From: Chara braunii
Taxonomy: Eukaryota; Plantae; Charophyceae
Length of the DNA stretch: 64,000 nt
NCBI GenBank assembly: GCA_003427395.1
Contig: BFEA01000022.1
Span: 2,161,876 to 2,225,875, forward strand
Reading direction: 5' to 3'
The translations under genes were made by a program, and so were the position numbers. Below, piece after piece: positions 12,276 through 25,010 of the stretch (position 1 is its first letter; every line of letters begins with the position of its first letter). Below the pieces are notes generated by a model. It had not been told where the DNA came from. It worked only from the letters and a program-made list of their open reading frames with translations, and ran no database searches.

Positions 12276-14315
12276 TGTGTATTCACTAGTTCAAGTCTCT
12301 CCTTGTCAAGTTCATGTGTGTTGTAGTATTTCGGTTCATACTTATTTGATCCTTCCTCCATGTGCATATGCCTCTCACTAGTTCAATCTTCTCATTGTCA
12401 AGTTCGTGAGTGTTGTAGTGTTCTGGTTCATACTTAGTTGATCTCTCCTTTGTATGCATGTGTTTTTCATTGGTTCAATCTTCTCATTGTCAAGTTCGTG
12501 AGTGTTGTAGTGTTTCGATTCGTACTTAATTGATCTCTCCTTCATGTACATGTGCGTCTCACTAGTTCAATCTTCACATTGTCAAGTTCGTGAGTGTTGT
12601 AGTGTTCCAGTTCATGCTTAGTTGATATTTCCTCTATGTGCATGTGCTCTTCATTGGTTTAATATTCTCGTTGTCAAGTTCGTGAGCGTTGTAGTGTTTC
12701 GGTTCATGCTTAGTGGATCTTTCCTCCATGTGCATGTGCTCTCCGTTGGTTCAATCCTCTCGTTATCAAGTTCGTGAGTATTGTAGTGTTCCGGTTCATA
12801 CTTAGTTGATCTTTCCTCTGTATGCATGTGTTTTTCATTTGTTCAATTCTCACATTGTTAAGGTCGTGAGTGTTGTAGCGTTTCAGTTCATGCTTAGTTG
12901 ATCTTTCCTCCATGTGCATATGTTCTTCATTGGTTCAATCTTCTCGTTGTCAAGTTCGTATGAGTTGTAGTGTTCCGGTTCATACTTAGTTGATCTTTCC
13001 TCCATATGTGTGTGCCTTTCACCAGTTCAACCTTCTCATTATCAAGTTCATGTGTATTATGGTGTTCCGGTTCATACTTAGTTGCTCTTTCCTACATATG
13101 CATGTGTTTTTCACTAGTTCAACCTTCTCATTGTGAATTTCATGTGTATTGTAGTATTCCAGTTCATACTTAGTTGCTCTTTCCTCCATGTGTATGTGCC
13201 TTTCACTAGTTCAACCTTCTCATTGTCAAGTTCATATATATTTTAGCGTTTCGGTTCATACTTAGTTGTTTTTTTCTACATATGCATGTGTTTTTCATTA
13301 GTTTAACCTTCTCATTGTCAAGTTCATGTGTATTGTAGTGTTCCAGTTCATACTTATTTGTTTTTTCCTCCATGTGTATGTGTCTTTCACTAGTTCAACC
13401 TTCTCATTGTCAAGTTCATGTGTAATATAGTGTTCCGGTTCATACTTAGTTGCTATTTCCTACATATGCATGTGTTTTTTACTAGTTCAACCATCTCATT
13501 GTCAAGTTCATGTGTATTGTAGTGTTCCGGTTCATACTTAGATGCTCTTTTCTACATATGCATGTGTTTTCCACTAGTTCAACCATCTCATTGTCAAGTT
13601 CATGTGTGTTGTAGTATTCCGGTTCATACTTGGTTAATCTCTCCTCTATGTGCATATGCTTTTTCATTAGTCCAATCTTCTCATTGTCAAGTTCATGTGA
13701 GTTGTAGTGTTTCGGTTCATACTTGGTTGATCTTTCCTGTATGTGAATGTGTTTTTCATTAATCAATCTTCTCATTATCAAGTTCATGTGTGTTGTTTTG
13801 TTCCGGTTCATACTTCGTTGATCTCTCCTCCATGTGCATATGCTTTTTACTAGTTCAACCTTCTCATTGTCAAGTTCATGATGTTATAGTGTTTCGGTTC
13901 ATACTTCGTTCATCTTTCCTCCATGTGCATGAACTCTTCATTAGTTCAAACTCCTCATTGTCAAGTTCATGTGTGTTGATCTTTCCTCCATGAGTTTGTG
14001 TTCTTCATTGGTTCATTGTCAAGTTCTTGTGTGTTGATCTTTCCTCTATGTGCATGTGTTTTTCATTAGTTTAATCTCCTCATTGTCAAGTTCATGTGTG
14101 TTGTAGTGTTTCGGTTCATACTTAGTTGATCTCTCCCTCATGTGCATGTACTTTCACTAGTTCAACCATCACATTGTCAAGTTCATGTGTATTGTTGTGA
14201 TCCATACTTAGTTGCTCTTTCCTACATGTGCATGTGTTTTTCACTAGTTCAACCTTCTCATTGTCGAGTTCATGCATGTTGAAGTGTTCCAATTCATACT
14301 TAGTTGATCTTTCAC
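12276..14315 (+). repeat. Satellite type III, 92-bp unit, ~22 copies
   Basis: TTGTCAAGTTC recurs at 12303, 12395, 12487, 12579 and onward. Confidence 0.95.
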
Positions 14316-14420
14316 TATGGGGTGGGTGAACGACGTTTGGATGGTACTACTATGGGATGGGTGACTGACATTTGGTTGCTACTGCTATGGGATGGGTGAC
14401 CGACATTTGGTTGCTACTAC
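14316..14420 (+). repeat. 35-bp tandem repeat x3
   Basis: TATGGGATGGGTGACYGACATTTGGTTGCTACT units. Confidence 0.85.
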
Positions 14421-14449
14421 GGGGAGACGATTTGATTAGAAATATAAGT

Positions 14450-14452
<3 letters not shown>

Positions 14453-14533
<81 letters not shown>
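14453..14533. repeat. (CT)~40 microsatellite
   Basis: Seen directly. Confidence 0.95.
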
Positions 14534-14537
<4 letters not shown>

Positions 14538-17173
14538 CCTGCCCCTCTCTCCCTTCCCCTCATTTGGCATATGACTAACCCGTCTCCCCTCACTTGTTAC
14601 ATTGCCAAGGTGCGAATGGTAAAAGAAATCAGACGTCACTCGGTGGAGAAAGAGGGCAAGGGAAGGGTAGCCTGTCCCATGTGCCACCAAGAAGACAAAG
14701 GAAAGGACGGTTGAAAGAGTGGGAAAGAGGCAGAATCTGGGAGAAAGTATAAGTTGAAGCAAGGTCTGTTTGACTCAACCATTTCCCCGACTGCATGACT
14801 ATGAGAAGAGGATGGGCTGATTGAGCAAAAGAGAGGGAACAAAGAGCAGCCAATGAACATGGAAAGATAGGCATGTGGGAAGGGTTATGTGTTGACCCCC
14901 AATTGGTGATTGTATTGGTGTTTGCATTGTGTGAGACTGTGTAGGTGAGTAACGGTTTGAGATTCCTTGAGCGGGATAGGGCCCGGAGAAACCGGGCGGC
15001 AAAGGAAAAGGGATGAAGGGGCAAAGGGGCTATGGGACCCTTAGCATAACCCAATCTATGAGAGTGATTTTTGTGCTTGAGTCTTGGAATGAGAACGAAA
15101 AAGGGAAGTGCAAACTTGCTAAGGGGAATGTGAAGTTGTGTGTGCATGCATGAAAAGGTTCCGAAAGGACTAAGGGGCCTGCGTCAATGAGGATGGATAA
15201 GATGCATGAGATCCGATGGGTGCGTAGAGGCGAGGGGAAGGACAACATTGCCGCACCCCGATGACGCCGTAGGATCACAATGCTTAGGAAAATGGTGCGC
15301 GGCCTAAGGACGACGCTTAGACTGTGCACAAGAGAAGAGAAATTCCCAAAGAACCCTTGGACTGTCTGCGTATTGGAAAGAGCAATTGCCTGATAACATA
15401 ACCAAGAATAAAAAAAAAATCAGCGTTGTGGAATGACCAGCAAGACTGCCACCCGACGTGAGGGCTGAGCTACATCCCCAATGTCAAAGCTCTCTCGCGC
15501 GATGGTCCACTCCCATCCATCTCAAAGCACTAGGTGGGGGTGACCCTCGGACGAATGGCCCACGCCCTGAGCATGAGCGCGGGCGGGCCGAGCCAACTCG
15601 GACCCGCAGTTGGGTCGACTAAGGTTCGAAAGTCTACTGGGGTCTGGCCCTACAAAAATGGTGAAGGTGTCGGGTACGAGGTTAAACTGACCCATGCGAT
15701 TCCGAAGGGGGCGCCCGACGCATTAACGTGTACACAACCAAAGTCTGACACATTGACGTGTACACAACCAAAGATAAGGAAATTGGACTTATGCTTGCTC
15801 TTTCCCTTCTGAGAATCAGATTAAAGAGTGGTTGGGCGCATGGCATGGCCAGGCCTGGAGGTATAACATGCATGTTATGCACTTGATTAACCATCTCCTT
15901 GTGGAATGGCTCTAGCCCTCCTTCATCCGGTGCTGGTGTTCACTAGTCCGGGGGGGGCTTTGGGCAAGTCGTAGGTCGACCCTTCCTCTTCTTACGAAAG
16001 AAGGGGTCCGGTTACTTGGTAGGCGGTTGGTCCTTCGGCTTCCATCAGGGTCCGATGAAAATCCCGCGGCGGAGTGATCCGACCGAATGAGTGCCCTTCC
16101 CTCTTCTTCTTTGAGCCCAGTGGGCTCATGCACTTTGCACTTTGAAATGCTTGAAGGAACCAACATGAACATAACGGGTCATCAAGAAGGAACAACCCCT
16201 CTCTATGAAAGGACAGACGAATGAAGAGAAAGAGAATGAAGGGAGTTGCTAGACTCCGAGGAAAACTAGCTCACCTTTGAAGATTCTCACGAGAAGGAAC
16301 CAACTTCTGTGTATGGAAGTAGGGGGAGTGACACTTATTGTCCTGAGAGAAAATTATGAGCTATGGGTAGGAAGCGTTGGGGGCACCAAGGGAAAGACAC
16401 TTGTATTATATGTGTCCCACTTGGGACTTGTGTTCTGCATGAGGGGATTTGAGCGTCCTGCCTTTCGGAAGGAAAGGATGGGTCTGCACCAGCCGGTGCG
16501 GGTTTCGAAACGTCGTTCTCTTTGAGGATTCACCAGGTTTCGTGTGCAGAGGTCGGGCCACCGAGCTGTCGAAGGGGAGTCTGTCTGGCCGGTTGATTAG
16601 TAGCATTCTCACCTGGGCAGTCCGAGCATGGCTCGATGATCTTGCCCAGGCGGGGGGCGAAACGTCTTCTTAGGCGGGGCTTAGCCTGTTGACTGGCGGC
16701 GGAAGTACCACTGCATGCGGGGCAAGGGTGGAACCTCAGAGACGATTAGTAGCTTGCTGTAGCACGGCTTGGGAAAGGCTGATTCTTGTCGGACCGATGG
16801 AAGTGAATGCCCGGACGACTGACTATTGCTCCTAACGGGGTGCGCAGGGGTAATTCCCGGTACCAACGAGGGTATGCAAGAGCAGCAAAACGGGATGGGG
16901 TATTTTGGGCAAATGGAGAGGGGTAACACCCTGTGCCGGAGCCTGGGTACTGCGCTCGCGGCGGTTGAGCTGTGCTTGAGGTATGGGATAAAACTCTACC
17001 GATAGTACCAGTGGAGAGACCATATTGGGATAGGCCGGTGAGGAGATGACCGGCACACATGTGAGATTGATTGAGCTTGGACTGTTGGACGGGGTATAAT
17101 TCTAAGTCTATTCTCGTCCACAACTAAGTGTACACGAGTGAGAGATGATCGAAAAGGCTGATTCTAAGCCGGA

Positions 17174-18190
17174 ATGGAACCCAGAAAAAGAATGTTGGAT
17201 AGTGAATGGCTGAACGAGGATACAATGAAAAAGTGGTACTTGGGAGTGGGAAGGTAAATTAGGGAGACCCTGATGAGGAGTCTGAAATAAATCTCATCTA
17301 GGACGTGGGTTGACCTGACCAGAAGGACCGTTTGGTACTCTTTTATGGAAAAAGGGTCGGTTGATAGAAACAAGATGGTGCGGTGGTTGTCATCCTTGAT
17401 TTATACCAGCGGTCCGGAAATGCCAATAGATGTGAAGGATGGGGTATCGGTCGTCCTCCCGCAAGATGGGACGTGGACAGATCTTGAGTCAAACCGTGAT
17501 GTCGGAAGAGGAGGACGCGTTCCTTTGGATAGAAACTATATGGACTAATGTCAGTTTGACAAGGTTGTCGTCAAGTTTAATGGACTTAGAGTTTCGAGGG
17601 ACAGTGAAAGCCCGGGGGTGGGTCTACTTGTCACAAGATGGGGAGAATGCTATGGACCCTATGGTCATATATTTGGCGCTCGGAAATACGTCGGACGAGT
17701 TGTTTAGGAAGGCAAAAGGGGAGGTTGTATGGGTTGCGTGTCAGCGGAGGGGAAAATGGAAATGGAAAGGGTAGATGTGCGGGTGGAACTTGGGGATAGA
17801 GGAAGCGTGAGGCGACCCGTCAGAACCATGCGATGTGTGTTGCCTCCCTTTCTGGTGGATGCGGTCTTTGGAACCTGGAGCAGGCTAGTACGGATATGCC
17901 AGTCCATGACGACCCTCGGACTATACTAATGCGCCAGGGAGGATTTGTTTCGGTTGTCGGTAGAAATGAAGCCGTTTGAAGGGAATTGGGCGGAAGAGCT
18001 GGCCGAGATACTGAACTGCCTTAGCATAGACAATGTCTTCGTCCCTAGCTCTGTGCATTGGGGGATAGTCTACAGAAATGTGGCAGTAGGGGAGACGTTC
18101 TTGGAACGGGTGAAGAAATTGTTCTACAACGAAGAGGATTACTTCAGTGATGAGGACGAAGATGATGAGATAGAGGACTTGGACTTCTAA
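17174..18190 (+). pseudogene. Element A cargo ORF-1, unknown domain, paralog 1
   Basis: Pieces at 17345, 17439, 17729 and 17945. Motifs AFLWIETIW, LEFRGTV, VRVELGDRGSVRRP...LPPFLVDAVFG; acidic tail. Contains stops and frameshifts. Confidence 0.65.
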
Positions 18191-18247
18191 GGAGGGTGAC
18201 TTACTTAAGGAAATCGAGTGGCCTGGCATTGTGCAGGGAGGGGAAAA

Positions 18248-19063
18248 ATGACTAGAGAGGAATTGTTGATGGAGTACACTTTCAAGGGATGGGAACCAAG
18301 GTGACTCGGAGGGGGAATAAAAATGTCTAACCAAACAGAGAACGAATGGAGGGGGACCACGTGCGACTGGGTCGAATTTGAAGTTGCCCCGGGATTATCA
18401 TACGTATGGATAGAGCGGATTTGGAACCCAATAAGGGAAGAGGAAGGCTGGGAAGAGATAGCGGAAGGCAAAGTGGAATCAGTTGGAACGGTCGTTCTTT
18501 TCGAAGACGGGTGGCGCCTATTTTGCACTATGTTAGCGGCGGGATAGGATCCAATGTGGCTTCTAGGGGACGCAGAGACACGAACCCGAAGAGAGGGCAA
18601 GAGGTTCGCCAACGAAGGATGGGACGAAGTCAGTAGTAAAGTTGTGATGGGGGGTTGGAAGGAACTCAAGCCTCCCAGCCTGCAAACAACGACTTGGGTG
18701 CCTGAGTTTGTGGCCGAGTGGTTTGGGGGTTTTTAGCACATCTTAGAAGTGGCCGACTTCATGAAAGAAGTGCATATAGAGTGTGCCTGGCTGATTGAGG
18801 AATTTTATAAGACCTCATTAAAATATGGATCCTTCTACGGAGATAAGGCCTGGAAAATTCTCAACATCCTAAGGATAGGTAAGCATGACCGCCTAGAGGT
18901 AGACGCGGAGGCTTGGGACGCCATAGTCAGCCGGGAGGCGGCGGCCGCTCCATCCTACGTAGATGATGTTTTTAAACTGTTTGAAGTACTGTGGTTCGAT
19001 TAAAGGGACCAGGAAATCGAACGTCGCAGGAAAGTCGGAGTATGGAGGGTGCATGTTAACTAG
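18248..19063 (+). pseudogene. Element A cargo ORF-2, unknown domain, paralog 2
   Basis: 18323, 18554 and 18749 share one frame. Motifs SYVWIERIW, VESVGTV, SKVVMGGWKELKPP...VPEFVAEWFG. Confidence 0.65.
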
Positions 19064-19263
19064 GGTGTAACATAAGAAAGGGGCATGTACATTAGTTTAG
19101 CAGGGCATGCGAGGGGATTGAAATCAGGAAGGATTTCCGGCCATTGTGGGCGCAAATATGAGACGCATGACAAAAAAGAGGTAAGTGGACATAAGCGGGA
19201 AAGGAAACAATAGGAGGATGGGCAGTTGCTGAAGAACGGGCCGTAATCCTCTCTATGTGGGCT

Positions 19264-21231
19264 ATGCAAGAAATCATCAAAGCAGCAATGGCAACAAGAC
19301 GTGTTCGAACGGTACGCCAGCCCCGGTACCCCGGCCCGCCCTGGAATAACGGCATAGGATGAGAAGTGTCCCTTCCGTCGAATGCCAACTTTCGGGGATT
19401 CGACGTGGAATGGTGGACCGTGACTTTGGGGAGAGACAGCGCCTTTATGTTGGTAGAATGTCGATGGACGGGGATGAGATTCAAACGAGGGCCTAGGGAT
19501 GATTTATTTTCCAATTTAGAAGTTACCGGGGTCATGTATCTACCCGAGATTGGCTGACACTCGCTGGGGGTGGGGATAGCACAAGGCCACGAGTTGGCCC
19601 TGGTCTTTCGAAGGGCCGCCCGGACGTTGACTCGAATAGGTCAATCGACCAGGGGTAGGAGGAACGTTGACTTACTCACTAGGGTGGAAATGGGGGGCTG
19701 GAGGGAGTTCAGGGCACCAACAACCCCGCTAAGGTGTCGGGTCCCCCGATTCATGATAGACCTCATCTTCGGGAGTCTCACAAGGACGCAGGATCTGGCA
19801 GACTCGGCCATAATCTAGGTAGATCACTTCCCGCCTCAAACCATCGGGATGTTTTATGACGTTGCTGTGGAGCATGGGCCGTTCTGGGGGCTGAGCCGGG
19901 TCTGTATCTCGCCCAAAGGAGTGGAAGACGTAGAGTCCATAGATGCTTTCCTTGAATACGAAGGAGGGACACTCGCGGTGGATAATGAAATGATGGACGA
20001 AGGGTGCGCGTCGGAAGAGTTGTTGATCCAAACCTTGGAAAAAGGGGCTCTTGTCGTAGTAGCAGAACTTAGAGAAGGACCAGTCACCACTCGAGGACGC
20101 AAGGAGGAGAGAGATTCATGGGGAGCGGTAATAGGACCAAAGGAGGAATTGATGGCAATGGCGGTTGAGGGAGGCCGGGAAGCTGTGATGACCCTGGTAG
20201 AGTCTTGGGAATGAAAATAGTTGCAGTGGATGGTAAACCAGATGAAGGAGGGAAAGGACGAGGTGCAAAAAGGAAGGGAGTTTTTCTATGCTCAGATATA
20301 CGAAGGGATTTTTCGGGAGATCGGATTGCTGCTAGTAGGAAATAGACAACCCATGAAAATCAGCCTTAGAGCGCCTTTCAAACTCATCGAGTCGTATCAC
20401 CAGGAGGCCAATGCACATGTGGAAAGGGGGCACCGGACCTTAAAGAACACGATTGTGAAGCTCGCAGCGGATCATCTGGGGAGTTGGCCTGAGTATCTTA
20501 AGCAGGCTATCTTCTCAGAGAACATGACACCTAAGAGGACAACGGGATGTATACCAGCGAAACTTTGGTACGGAAGAGAGATCGATTTTTCCGTAGAAGC
20601 CTTGATACCTACCTGGAACAGGTTAGATGATGATCCGCGTATGACCACGGAAGAGTTAATTGAGGCAAGATGTCAACAAGTCCTTAAGAATGAGTAGGTC
20701 ATGGAAGACATCGCCAATAGGGTACTAGACAACAGAATGAGGGACAAAGCAAGGTGAGACCAGGTTAAGAATATCCGAAAGGAACCACTTCAGGTGGAGG
20801 AGACGGTGCTGCTAAGAAACTCGGCACTAAAAAGTACTTGGTCCGGGCAACTAGGAAAGAGGTTCAAAGGCCCCTACCGGGTCGCCAAGCGGGTGGAACT
20901 GAACACCTTCGAACTGGAAGATTTGGATGAAACTGGATTGAAGGGACCCTTCCCGGGGCAACGATTGGTCAGGTTTCTAAGTCAGGACCTAGTGGAACAA
21001 TGGCTTCAGGAGGCCAAGGATAAGGAAACTGAGGGGCTACAAGCTAAGGGCTTACAACGGTCTGCCCACACTATGGTTTTGTCTCTGACTGCGTCTGTGG
21101 GACTGTCATTTTTTCGGGGGTTGGGGCAATGGTTTGGACCGACTGAAGTTAGAAGGTGGGATGTCTTGGGACCTTGCGATAACAGGTTTTGTGTGACGAC
21201 GGGAAAGATTATTGGAAGCATTGTATCATAG
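19264..21231 (+). pseudogene. Element A ORF-3: paralog 3 fused in frame to the pol RH-IN tether and the integrase C-terminal half
   Basis: 19366, 19570, 19849, 20221 and 20794 share one frame. GLSRV...SIDAFLE matches B's DGLSRI...PVDEFLE; YHQEANAHVERGH matches B's HPQANAPVERGH; the C-terminus has GPYRV. The HHCC finger and the first two DDE aspartates are absent. Confidence 0.8.
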
Positions 21232-21439
21232 TTTTTTATTGGAAAATAATAGGATCATCACAAATGGGGCATTTGTATGAGAAGGGAATGCATAATAGTG
21301 GCATGATGCAAAGGGTACGAGAAGCATTATGGGGAAAAGAGAAGTGCCTACCGGACTAGGAGAACGTGTGTATGAGGGGTTTGGCGGGTGTTGATTTTGT
21401 TATACAGGACCAGGAAGGAAGCACGAGAAAAGTAAAAAT

Positions 21440-22271
21440 GGAATTCGACAACGAGAATGATAGCGGAGCAATCAACAGACCTACCGAAGAGGGAGGAGCG
21501 GGACCAAGTTGAGAACGGAGGACTGCCAAGAGAAATTTGTACATAAGGTTCATGTCCAAACAGGTGGTAGGCAGGGGTGCGAGAAAGCGTGTGAGTAAAG
21601 GGTCTTCGCCTCTCGGGGAGGGAGAAGGCATATATATCTCATCCGGAAGTGGGAGCGAGGAAGAAAGGGCAAGTGTGGGAAAATGGGGTAAAGCGGATAC
21701 GAGAGAAAAGGCTCAAGCATCTGACGAGGGAGGGGTCGAGAGATGCGAACAGTATGAGCCTTTGCTTGAGGGGAACGAAGGGAGAGACGATAGGTGCGAT
21801 GAACGAGAGGATGGGGAAGAAAGAAGGAAAAACCCATATGAAGAGCGGAGTTGCCACGGTAGAGAACCTCACGGGTGGGTACAGCCCCATATAGACGGAA
21901 GAGGAGACAGATGAGGAAGAGGAAGTACAAGAAGTCATAGAGATGAGGAGTGGCGATCAAAAGGATGAAATCTCGAGGTCTAGAGAAGAAAGGCCTCTAA
22001 ATGGGAAGATGAGTTTGGGCCAACACCCAGTCATTCGTTTCAAGAATGGCTCAGTGTGATCAAGCATGAGTGGATTATCAAGACCAGGGAACTCGCGAAG
22101 GCAGGGGTGGCAACCACACCTTTGGACTTTTACAGTGAGGTGGAATTACAAGAAGTTGCGAGGATGAGGAGAGAGATCATGGCCTCTGGCCTGGGAGTTA
22201 AAAATCCAGCGGAAACGGGGGATGGGCAAAAAAACGAGCGGGGTGGGACACGTGACAATAATAGGGACTAA
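21440..22271 (+). pseudogene. Decayed extra ORF downstream of the integrase remnant, acidic/basic low complexity
   Basis: ORF pieces at 21537, 21649 and 22056 on +. No recognisable family. Confidence 0.35.
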
Positions 22272-22966
22272 ATGTTGTTAGTGTTGAACAATAATTATTT
22301 TTTTTGCGAACATTGGAACGACAAAATGTGTATAATACGAGTAAGCTTGTGAGGAATAAGGGATGAAAAAACTAGCTAAGATTGTGCCACGATGAGCTAG
22401 AGGATAGCATTTTGAGGTTACTTTCTGGATGAGTTACCTTCGAAAGAGTGTATGCAAGACAATGGCATGGGGCATGGGATGAGACTGGTTAGGAAGGGTG
22501 TACTGTAAACTTTGAATGCAATGAGCATTGTATTTTTGAGAAGAAACTGTGAGCAAAGATTGACGAGCAAAGCAAGGCGTTGAATGATTGGTCGAATACA
22601 AGAGAGGTTAGGAAACCTATGGGTTAAGGGGCGTGAGGAACACTCCTTCCCTATGAGCCTAATCCAACTGAGTCATGAACGAGTCTGAGAATGGCCAAGA
22701 TCTAAGGAACTAGAAAAAGTGAAAATAGAAGGGGTGCTCCGGTCTTTTACTATGGTTGAACGGCCAAGTGGGCTAGTGCTGCTTGGGGCTGAGAGCCTCA
22801 ATTTGAGCATTAGACGCTAAGTCGGATGTTGGCATGGACAACAAATGATATCAAGAAATGGACAAAGCAAACCGCACGCATAAAATTGCAAGAGATGGCC
22901 ACCTTCTAACCTCCGTGACAGAAATGGGATCCGTGTCCTCGAGGCCCACCCCCTCGGGCGCTAACA

Positions 22967-23165
22967 TTGAGAATGGAAAGGAATGACCCTAACCAGGTTG
23001 TTCGACTTGAGAATGGAAAGGAATGGTCCTAACCAGACTGTTCGACTTGAGAATGGAAAAGAATGGCCTTAACTAGGGTGTTCGACTTGAGAATGGAAAA
23101 GAATGGCCCTAACCAGGCTGTTCAATTTGAGAATGGAAAAAAATGACCATAACCAGGTTGTTTGG
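22967..23165 (+). repeat. 40-bp tandem repeat x~5
   Basis: TTGAGAATGGAAA recurs every ~40 bp. Confidence 0.9.
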
Positions 23166-24504
23166 AAATGGCCTCTGACAAGGGTCATTTCTTTTGAAAT
23201 AGGCATTGGGTTCCCCTGCATAATTGATTGAGAAAGTTTGATTGAGAATAAGCTGGAATGAGCAATGTGAGATGGAAAAGGCTGGTGGGTCGGTCATTGA
23301 AATAGCCGTGAGAATGGACGAGAGAGATTGATGCCTTGAAATGAGAAGGGCAGGATAAAGAGAAGTCGAATCTTGAGTCGAGAAGAGCATGGACCGTTGG
23401 GACGGTCATAAGGATTGAATATTGAAAAAAGTGAAAGTTGAGGATTAAGGTGGGCCGACGGGTCGGCCTTGGAAGATGGCTATTGAGAAAGCGACCACCA
23501 GAGCGGCCACAGGGGGTGGCCTTGTTGAAGAGAGGTTGTCGGACCAGCAATGAGAATCGGCCTTGAGAAGAGAACTGGAAATAGCATTGGATTGAGTGAT
23601 TGAGAATTGGATATTGCATTGCATAGTCAGGGGACCCTAGGCAATTTGACGAAAGGTCGTCCGGCCGACCATGGAAATAGCAAGAGGTTGAGTTTTTCTT
23701 TTTTTCTAGTCTCAGATCTCAGAATGAGGGGGATAGCGAAGCATGCACCACGACCTCATGACGTCTACCCGTAAAAGGAAAAGTCTCAGCGCAACCTATT
23801 TCTCATAAGGAAAAATAAAGGTTAAAGTACCAAGGCATCGTTCTCTTTGATTGATGTTGGCCGTCCGTAACTAACTAGTACAACGAGCTCTAGTCGGGAA
23901 GTTCAAATTGCGCCTCATGTTGAGAACCTAAACGTCAAGGGCGTGGAGCCAAATAGGCGAGAGAGTTATTCTTCTCCTAAGTCTCATTTACTCTCCCCAA
24001 CCACACGCCATGTCGTAGAGGGGCGGCGTGGTTGTTTGGGGTGGACCAAGGTTGCTCGCATTAAGTTGAGCGACACTGTCCAGAGGAAGGGGTCGGGCGT
24101 GGTACCGGGTGGAAGCCGCAACCACCACAGGGCGAGTGACACCGCCCTGTTGGATCATTACAACCGTTCCAGGACTAACCGCGAGGTCTTCGTAACTGCA
24201 CTCGCAGACTAATGAAGAGCCCCAACTCTCTTGAAAGCAAGAGGCCGGATCCAAGAAAATACCACTTGGGAGGAACGATTCACGAGGGAGTCACTTATGG
24301 TACGATAGGGTCCTGGGGGGCGTGGACTGGACCCGCCTAACAGATGGGAGGAGACACCTCAATGATGATGCCCCGCTAATGGGCCGACATCCGTCTACTC
24401 AGTTGGCAAGGCAAGGTCAGCATACTTTCAAGTGAGTGGGGGGAAGGTGTGTCATCTACCGATGAAAAAGCGTGCAAAAGAGAAGGTTACCATGAGCTCA
24501 AGAA

Positions 24505-25010
24505 ATTGTGTAATTGACTTTGCCCAGACTTGAGAAAAGGTCTGGTAAAATGTCCAAAAAAAAAATGTTTGTGTAATCGACTTTGCACAAGCTTGAGAAA
24601 AGGTCGAGCAAGATGTCCAGAAGAAAAATGATTGTGTAATCGATTTTGCGCAGGCTTGAGAAAAGAGTCTGGCAAGATGTCCAGAAGAAAAATATTTGTG
24701 TAATTGACTCTGCGTGAGCTTAAGAAAAAGTCTGGCAAAATGTGAAGAAGAGAAATGGATGAGTAATTGACTTAAAAGGGGCTTGAGAAAAGGTCAGGCA
24801 AGATGTCCAGAAGAGAAATGAATGAGTAATTGACTTTGCATGGGCTTGAGAAAAGGTCTGACTAGATGTCCAGAAGAAAAACGGATGAGTAATTGATTTT
24901 GCGTCGGTTTGGGAAAGGTCTGGCAAGATGCCCGGAAGAGAGATATATGAGTAATTGACTTTGCATGGGCTTGAGAAAGGTCTAGCAAGATGTCAAGAAG
25001 AAAGATACAT
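24505..25010 (+). repeat. ~63-bp tandem repeat x~8
   Basis: TAATTGACTTTG...CTTGAGAAAAGGTCTGGCAAGATGTCCAGAAG units. Confidence 0.9.

Larger units (their letters stand above)
5768..14315 (+). repeat. 5' LTR of element A (at least 7.2 kb, probably about 8.5 kb or more; 3' end not defined)
   Basis: 5768-12949 is colinear with 25842-33155 (paired ORF-track translations, e.g. 6006/26080 and 12710/32916). The same satellite continues to ~14315. Confidence 0.75.

Noticed and set aside
10105-14315. Regular arrays as CRISPR, or as repeat-protein genes
   Set aside because: Whole units are repeated with no unique spacers and no cas genes. The 91-92-bp units shift frame and contain many stops.
14398-14426. 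CCGACA-TT-TGGTTGCTACTACGGGGA as the LTR A end plus PBS
   Set aside because: It is part of a 35-bp tandem repeat and I could not match it to a tRNA 3' end. Left unresolved.
17288-17312. CTGATGA-GGAGTCT-GAAA as a hammerhead
   Set aside because: Helix II would have a 1-nt loop, helices I and III are not supported, and the motif lies in a coding frame.
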